6,297 bases of DNA, taken from positions 1-6,297 of the forward strand of contig NW_021829408.1 in NCBI RefSeq assembly GCF_006345805.1. Reading direction: 5' to 3'. This stretch comes from Octopus sinensis (taxonomy: Eukaryota). The notes beneath the pieces are model-generated. The model was not told the DNA's origin and did not search any database. It was given only the letters and a program-made list of their open reading frames with translations. The first letter of the stretch is position 1, and each line of letters begins with the position of its first letter. This document shows, one piece after another, positions 1 through 6,297 of the stretch. The position numbers were made by a program, and so were the translations under genes.

Positions 1-252
1 ACCTAACCCAAAAACCTTACTCTAACCCCTTACCCTAAAACCTAACCCTAAACATGACCCAAAAATCGAACCCGAACCCTAAAACCTAACACTAAAACTT
101 AACGGTAAACATAAGCCCTAAACCTTAAACGCTAAACCCAAACCCCTAACCCCTAAACCCTATCCCAAACCTAAAACCTAGCCCTAAAACCTAACCTAAA
201 TCCTAAACCCTAACCCTAACCCCTAACCCTAAAACCTAACCTTAAAATCTAA

Positions 253-520
253 CCTAAACCTAACCTTAAAACCTAACCCTAAAACTACTCTAAACCTAAC
301 CCTGAAACCGAACCCTAAAACCTAACATTAAAAACCTAACCCCAAACCTGACCCTAACCCTAAAACCTAACCCTAACACTAACCCTAAACCTAACCTTAA
401 AACCTAACCCTAAAACTACTCTAAACCTAACCCTGAAACCGAGCCCTAACCCTAAAACCTAACATTAAAAACCTAACCCTAAACCTGACCCTAACCCTAA
501 AACCTAACCCTAACACTAAC
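253..520. repeat. Tandem duplication, 131 bp + 137 bp
   Basis: 253-383 and 384-520 share CTACTC (285/416), CCTGAAACCGA, ACATTAAAAA and CCTGACC. They differ by two substitutions and one extra CCCTAA. The segment is single-copy in monomer B (~3190-3280). Confidence 0.85.
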
Positions 521-572
521 CCTAAAACCTAACCCTAAAACTTAACCCTAAAACCTAAACCTAAAACCTACC

Positions 573-660
573 CCTGAAACCTAACCCTAACCCTAAAACC
601 TAAACCTAGCCCTAAACCTGAAACCTAACCCTAACCCTAAAACCTAAACCTAGCCCTAAA
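573..660. repeat. Perfect 44-bp tandem duplication (CCTGAAACCTAACCCTAACCCTAAAACCTAAACCTAGCCCTAAA)x2
   Basis: 573-616 equals 617-660. The A-to-B offset drops from 2830 to 2786 (44 bp) across this interval. Confidence 0.85.
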
Positions 661-1287
661 CCTAGCCCTAAAACCTAACCCTAAATCTAAAACAACCCTA
701 ACAATAACCCTAAAACCTAGCCCTAAAACCTAACCCCAACCCTATAACCCAACCCTAACCCTAAAACCTGACACTAAAACCTAACCCTGAAACCTAAACC
801 TAGAACCTTACGCTAAAACCTAACCCTAAAACCTAACCCTAAACCAAACCCTAAAATAGAACCCTAACCCAAAAACCTAACCCTAAAACCTAAACCTAAC
901 CCTAAAACCTAACCCTTACCCTAAACCTAACCCTAAAACCTTACTCTAACCGTAAAACCTTACCCTAAAACCTGATGCTAAACAGCCTAAACCTTAGACC
1001 CTAAACCCTAACCCTCACCCTAAAACATAACCCTAAACACTAACACTGAAACCTGGCCCTAAAACCTAACCCTAAAGCCTAACCCTGAATCCTAAACACT
1101 AACCATAAAACCAAACCCTAAAACCAAACCCTAACCGTAAAACCTAACTCTTAACATTACCCTAAAACTAAAACCCAACCCTAAAACCGAATTCTAAAAT
1201 CTAACCGTAACCCTCAGCTGACCCTAACCGTACACCCTAACCCTAAAACCTAGCCCTATAAACCTAACCGCAAAACCAACCCTAAAA

Positions 1288-1352
1288 CCTAATCCTAAAA
1301 CCTAATCCTAAAACCTAATCCTAAAACCTAATCCTAAAACCTAATCCTGAAA
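1288..1352. repeat. Local expansion of variant 13-mer: (CCTAATCCTAAAA)x4 + CCTAATCCTGAAA
   Basis: Five consecutive 13-bp units carry the same C>T variant. The homologous site in monomer B (4109-4134) has only two units. Confidence 0.9.
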
Positions 1353-2944
1353 CCTAACCCTAAAACCAAACCCTAAAATCTAAACCCTAACCCTGAAACC
1401 TAACCCTAAAACCTCACCCTGAAACCTAACCCTAAAACCTAAACCCTAACCCTAAAACCAAACCCTAAAAACCAACCCTGAAACCTAACCCTAAAACCTT
1501 ACTTTAAAACCTAACCCTAACCCTAAAACGTAACCCTAAAACCTAACACTGAAACCTAACACTAAAACCTAACCCTAAAATCTAACGCTAACCCTAAACC
1601 CAGACCCCTAACCCCAACCCCTAAAACCTAACCCTAAAACAACCCTAAAACATAACGCTAACCCAAACCCATAAACCCTAATCACTGACCCTAACCCCAA
1701 TCCTAACCCTAAAACCCAACCCTAAAACCTAACGCTAAACATTAACCCTAAATCTTAAACCCTAACCCTAACCCCTAATCACTAACCCAAACCCTAAAAC
1801 CTAAACCTAAAATCTAAGCCTAAAACCAAACCAAAAAATCAAACCCTATAACCTAACCAAAACCCTAAAACCGTACCCTAAATATAACCCTAACCCTAAA
1901 ACCCAACCCTAAAACCGAATTCTAAAAACTAACCTCAACCCTAACTGTAAACCCTAACCCTAAAACCTAGCCCTGAAACCTAAACCTAAAACCAACCAAA
2001 AATCTAATCCAAAAACGTAACCCTGAAAGCTAACCCTAAAACCTAACCCTAAAGCCAAACCCTAACCCAAAAACCTAACCCTAAAACCTAGCCCTAAAAC
2101 CTAACCTTAAAACCTGACCCTAAATCCTAAACCTTAACTCTAAAACGTAACCCTAACCTCTAACCCTAACACTAAAACCTAAACCTAAAACCTAATTCTA
2201 GAACCAAACCGTAACCCTAACCCTAACCGTAAAACCTAACCCTAAAACCTAACCCTAAAACCAACCCTAAAACCTAACCTAAAACTAAACACAAAAACCT
2301 AACCCTAAAACCAAACCCTAAAACTAACACTAACCCTAAAACCTAACCCTAACCCTAAACCTAACCCAACCCTAACACTAAAACCTAACCCTAACACCTA
2401 ATCCTAACCCTAAAACCCAACCTAACCCTAAAACCTAACCCTTAAAACCAAACCCTGAAACCTAACCCCAAAACTAAACCCCAAAACCTAACCCTAAAAC
2501 CAAACCCTAACACTAACCTTAAAACCTAACCCTAACCCTAACCCTAAAACCAAACCCTAAAAGCTAACCCTAACACCTAACCCTAGCCCTAAAACCTAAC
2601 CCTAAAACCTGACCCTAAAACCTAATCCTAAAGCCTAACACTAACCCTAAAACCAAGCCCTAAATCCTAAACCCTAACACTAAAACCTAACTCTAAAACC
2701 AAATCCAAAAACCTAACCCTAACACTAAAACCTAAACCTGACCCTCACCCTAACCCTAAAACCGAACCCTAACCCCTAACCCTAAAACCTAAACCTAGAA
2801 ACTAACCCTAAAACCTAACCTTAACCCTAAAACCTAACCCTAAACCTAACCCTAAAAACGAACACTAACCCTAAAACCTAACCCTAAACCTAAACCTAAA
2901 CCTAACCCTAAAAGCGAACACTAACCCTAAACCCTAACGCAAAA

Positions 2945-5572
2945 ACCTAACCCTAAAACCTTACTCTAACCCCTTACCCTAAAACCTAAACCTAAACATG
3001 ACCCAAAAACAGAACCCGAACCCTAAAACCTAACACTAAAACTTAACGGTAAACAAACCCTAAACCTTAAACGCTAAACCCTAAACCCTACCCAACCCTA
3101 AAACCTAACCCTAAAACCTAGTCCTAAAACCTAACCTAAATCCTAAACCCTAACCATAACCCCTAACCTTAAAATCTAACCCTAAAACACAAACCTAACC
3201 CTGAAACCGAGCCCTAACCCTAAAACCTAACCCTAAACCTGACCCTAACCCTAAAACCTAACCCTAACACTAACCCTAAAACCTAATTCTAAAACCTAAC
3301 CCTAACCCTAACCGTAAAACCTAACCCTAAAACCTAACCCTAAAACCAACCCTAAAACCTAACCCTAAAACTTAACCCTAAAACTTAAACCTAAAACCTA
3401 CCCCTGAAACCTAACCCTAACCCTAAAACCTAACCCTAACCCTAAACCTAGCCCTAAAACCTAACCCTAAATCTAAAACAACCCTAACACTAACCCTAAA
3501 ACCTAGCCCTAAAACCTAACCCTGAAACCTAACCCCAACCCTATAACCTCACCCTAACCCTAAAACAACCCTAAAACCTGACACTAAAACCTAACCCTGA
3601 AACCTAAACCTAGAACCTAACCCTAAAAACTAAACCTTACCCTAAAACCTAACTCTAAAAACCTAACCCTAAACCTTACCCTAAAATAGAACCCTAACCC
3701 AAAAACCTAACCCTAAAAACTAACCCTAAACCTAACCCTAAAACCTAACCCTTACCCTAAATCTAACCCTAAAACCTTACTCTAACCGTAAAACCTTACC
3801 CTAAAACCTGATGCTAAACGTAGCCTAAACTTTAGACCCTAAAATCTAACCTCTAACCCTAAACCTTAACCCTCACCCTAAAACCTAACCCTAAACACTA
3901 ACACTGAAACCAGGCCCTAAAACCTGACCCTAAAGCCTAACCCTGAATCCTAAACACTAACCCTAACCCTAAACCTAACCGTAAAACCTAACCTTAACAC
4001 TGACCTTAAAACAAGCCTAAAACCCAACCCTAAAACCGAATTCTAAAATCTAACCGTAACCCTCAGCTGACCCTAACCGTACACCCTAACCCTAAAACCA
4101 ACCCAAAACCTAATCCTAAAACCTAATCCTGAAACCTAACCCTAAAACCAAGCCCTAAAGCCTAACCTTAACCCTAAAACAACCCTGAAACCAAGCCCTA
4201 AAACCTAACCATAAAACCTAACCCTAAATCCTGAACCCTAACCCTAAAACCTAGCCCTAAAACCTAACATTAAAACCTAACCCTACATCCTGAACACTAA
4301 CCTTAAAACCGAACCCTAACCCTAAAACCAACCTTAAAACCTAATCCTAGAACCTAACCCTGAAACCTAACACTAACCCTAACCCTAAAATTTAACCCTA
4401 AATCCTAAACCTAACCCTAAAACCTAACCATAAAACCTAACCTTAAAACCTAACCCTAACCCTAAAATCTAACCCTAAAACCTAACCTTAACACTGACCT
4501 TAAAACAAGCCTAAAACCTAACCCTAAAACCAAACCCCAACGCAAAACCTAAAACCAAACCCCAACTAACCCTAAAACCTAACCCTAACCGTAAAACCTA
4601 ACCCAAAAACCTAACGCTAAATATAAACCGTATACCTTAAACCCTAAAACGTAACCTCTAAACTCTGACCCTAACGCTAAATCCTAAACCCTATCACTAA
4701 AACAAAACCCTAAAACCTAACACTAAAACCTAACCCTAACCCTAAAACGTAACCCTAAAACCTAACACTGAAACCTAACACTAAAACCTAACCCTAACCC
4801 TAAAACCTAACCCTAAAATCTAACGCTAACCCTAAACCCTAAACCCAGACCCCTAACCCCAACCCCTAAAACCTAACCCTAAAACAACCCTAAAACAACG
4901 CTAACCCAAACCCATAAACCCTAATCACTAACCCTAACCCCAATCCTAACCCTAAAACCCAACCCTAAACCCTAACCCTAACCCCTAATCACTAACCCAA
5001 ACCCTAAAACCTAAACCTAAAATCTAAGCCTAAAACCAAACCAAAAAACAAACCCTATAACCTAACCAAAACCCTAAAACCGTACCCTAAACATAACCCT
5101 AACCCTAAAACCAACACTAAAACCGAATTCTAAAACCTAACCGTAACCCTCAACCCTAACTGTAAACCCTAAACCTAAAACCTAGCCCTGAAACCTAAAC
5201 CTAAAACCAACCAAAAATCTAATCCCAAAACGTAACCCTGAAAGCTAACCCTAAAGCCAAACCCTAACCCAAACACCTAACCCTAAAACCTAGCCCTAAA
5301 ACCTAACCTTAAAACCTGACCCTAAATCCTAAACCTTAACCCTAAAACGTAACCCTAACCTCTAACCCTGAACCTAAAACCTAACCCTAAAACCTAAACC
5401 TAAAACCTAATTCTAGAACCAAACCGTAACCCTAACCATAACCGTAAAACCTAACCGTAAAACCTAACCCTAAAACCAACCCTAAAACCTAACCTAAAAC
5501 TAAACAAAAAACCTAACACTAAAACCAAACCCTAAAACTAACACTAACCCTAAAACCTAACCCTAACCCTAA
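2945..5572. repeat. Higher-order repeat monomer B (collinear with monomer A 1-~2356; carries extra sequence around 4135-4740)
   Basis: Same ordered markers as monomer A. Offset is 2944 at the start, ~2750-2860 through 4070, then ~3210-3245 after the inserted segment. Homology is lost at the CCCTAA run beginning 5561. Confidence 0.88.
4490..4725. repeat. Dispersed ~240-bp satellite module, copy 1 (absent from monomer A)
   Basis: Ordered markers AACACTGACCTTAAAACAAGCC, CCCCAACGCAAAA, CCGTAAAACCTAACCCAAAAA, CCTCTAAACTCT, CTATCACTAAAACAAAACCC are shared with 5641-5905. Confidence 0.8.
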
Positions 5573-5603
5573 CCCTAACCCCTAACCCTAACCCTAACCC
5601 TAA
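5561..5603 (-). repeat. Short canonical (CCCTAA)7 run inside the satellite
   Basis: Seven consecutive hexamers (one is CCCCTAA); the longest canonical run I could find in 1-6043. Confidence 0.85.
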
Positions 5604-5640
5604 AACCTAACCCTAAAACACAACCCTAAAACCTAACCCT

Positions 5641-5905
5641 AACACTGACCTTAAAACAAGCCTAAAACCTAACTCTAAAACCAAACCCTAAAACTAACAC
5701 TAACCCTAAAACGTAACCCTAAAACCAAACCCCAACGCAAAACCTAACCCTGTAACTAACCCTAAACCTAACCCTAAAACCTAACCCTAACCGTAAAACC
5801 TAACCCAAAAACCTAACCCTAACCCTAACCCTAACCTCTAAACTCTAACCCTAACGCTACATCCTAAACCCTATCACTAAAACAAAACCCTAAATCCTAA
5901 CACTA
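5641..5905. repeat. Dispersed ~260-bp satellite module, copy 2
   Basis: Same ordered markers as 4490-4725 (offset 1151 at the start, 1180 at CTATCACTAA 4691/5871), with several indels. Confidence 0.8.
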
Positions 5906-6043
5906 AACCTAACCCTAAAACCGAACTCTAACACTTAAACCTAACGCTAACCATAAAACCTAACACTAACGCTAAAACCAAACCCTAAAACCGAACAATC
6001 AACCTAACCCTAAAACCAAACCCTAAAACCTAACCCTAAAACC

Positions 6044-6055
6044 TTTGGGTTAGGG

Positions 6056-6096
<41 letters not shown>

Positions 6097-6297
6097 GGTT
6101 AGGGTTGGTTAGGGTTAGGGTTTGGGTTAGGGTTAGGGTTAGGGTAGGGCTAGGGTTAGGGCTAGGGTTAGGGTTAGGGGTAGGGTTAGGGTTAGGGTTA
6201 GGGGTTAGGGTTAGGGTTGGGTTAGGTTAGGGTTAGGGTTAAGGGTTAAGGGTTAAGGGTTAGGGTTAGGGTTAAGGGTTAGGGTTTAGGGTTTAGG
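6044..6297 (+). repeat. Canonical (TTAGGG)n telomeric tract, G-rich strand running 5'->3' to the window end; probable chromosome/contig terminus
   Basis: By hand 42 units, 25 of them perfect TTAGGG; variants TTTGGG, TTTAGGG, CTAGGG, GTAGGG, TTAAGGG, TTGG, TTGGG, TTAGG, TAGGG, TTAGGGG. Orientation matches a right-hand chromosome end. TTAGGG is used by vertebrates, many invertebrates, many fungi and trypanosomatids, so it is not taxon-diagnostic. The repeat call is secure; terminal status is inferred. Confidence 0.93.

Larger units (their letters stand above)
1..2944. repeat. Higher-order repeat monomer A (~2.94 kb; left boundary set by the window edge)
   Basis: Rare marker words recur collinearly in monomer B: CATG 53/2997, ACGGT 102/3046, GAGCC 441/3209, TAGAA 801/3611, GATGC 974/3810, GAATTC 1189/4038, CAGCTG 1215/4064, CAGAC 1601/4846, GAATTC 1917/5125, GAAAGC 2025/5240, TCTAGA 2197/5412. 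Confidence 0.9.
1..6043 (-). repeat. Degenerate telomere-like satellite, dominant 13-bp unit CCTAACCCTAAAA (G-rich strand TTTTAGGGTTAGG is the minus strand, i.e. inverted relative to the terminal telomere)
   Basis: Continuous array of CCTAA/CCCTAA/CCCTAAA/CCCTAAAA units with point variants (CACTAA, CCGTAA, CGCTAA, CCTGAA, CCTAGC, CCAAAC). Plus strand is almost devoid of G. No unique-sequence spacer anywhere in the interval. Confidence 0.97.

Noticed and set aside
1173-5215. CRISPR-like repeat/spacer array or regulatory palindromes (GAATTC, CAGCTG, TCTAGA)
   Set aside because: No constant repeat with unique spacers; the 6-bp palindromes arise from point changes in repeat units and recur only because of block duplication.
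1-6043. Protein-coding ORFs, e.g. ATG at 54 giving MTQKSNPNPKT* (54-89), and ATGs at 975, 2998 and 3811
   Set aside because: TAA (plus) and TAG (minus) occur in nearly every unit, and the 13-bp period cycles them through all frames. Only tiny low-complexity peptides result. A TAA/TAG=Gln code would open frames, but nothing supports it and unit-length indels between monomers ignore frame.
1-6043. Nanopore basecalling artefact of a pure telomere
   Set aside because: Reported miscalls are TTAAAA, CTTCTT and CCCTGG types, which do not dominate here, and rare variants recur collinearly kilobases apart, which random error would not produce.
1-6043. Taxon assignment from CCCTAAA (plant), CCCTAAAA (Chlamydomonas) or CCTAA (insect) units
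   Set aside because: These occur only as parts of the compound degenerate unit; the terminal tract is TTAGGG, which is too widespread to be diagnostic.
6000-6110. End-to-end chromosome fusion scar
   Set aside because: Fusions read (TTAGGG)n->(CCCTAA)n on a strand; this junction has the opposite order.
5790-6297. Simple fold-back (inverted-duplicate read or amplification chimera)
   Set aside because: The right arm is not the reverse complement of the left: it lacks TTTTAGG units and all satellite markers. A ligation chimera between two different molecules is not excluded.
1-6297. Telomere-targeting retroelement (SART/TRAS, TART-like) or other mobile element
   Set aside because: No ORF remnant, poly(A) tail, terminal repeats or non-telomeric sequence is present.
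6050-6297. Val-Arg or Gly-Leu dipeptide-repeat reading frames in the TTAGGG tract
   Set aside because: A generic property of any TTAGGG array; frames are broken here by frequent 4-, 5- and 7-bp variant units and there is no evidence of expression.

Overview
Non-coding eukaryotic telomere-type DNA in two parts. Positions 1-6043 are a degenerate, C-rich telomere-like satellite. Its dominant unit is the 13-mer CCTAACCCTAAAA (TTTTAGGGTTAGG on the minus strand), mixed with CCCTAA/CCCTAAA/CCTAAA variants. It is organised as a ~2.9-3.1 kb higher-order repeat seen about twice (1-2944 and 2945-~5570), with nested smaller duplications and transplanted modules. At 6043/6044 polarity flips abruptly, with no spacer, to a 254-bp G-rich (TTAGGG)n tract that runs to the end of the window. 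The arrangement 5'-(C-rich)...(G-rich)-3' is the opposite of an end-to-end fusion scar, and the right arm is not the reverse complement of the left arm. It is best read as a canonical telomere added or captured onto an inverted telomere-like satellite, or a telomere-only linear molecule; a chimeric read or misjoin must be excluded. No credible genes, RNA genes, mobile elements or CRISPR arrays. The organism cannot be identified from this sequence. Alignments and counts were done by eye.
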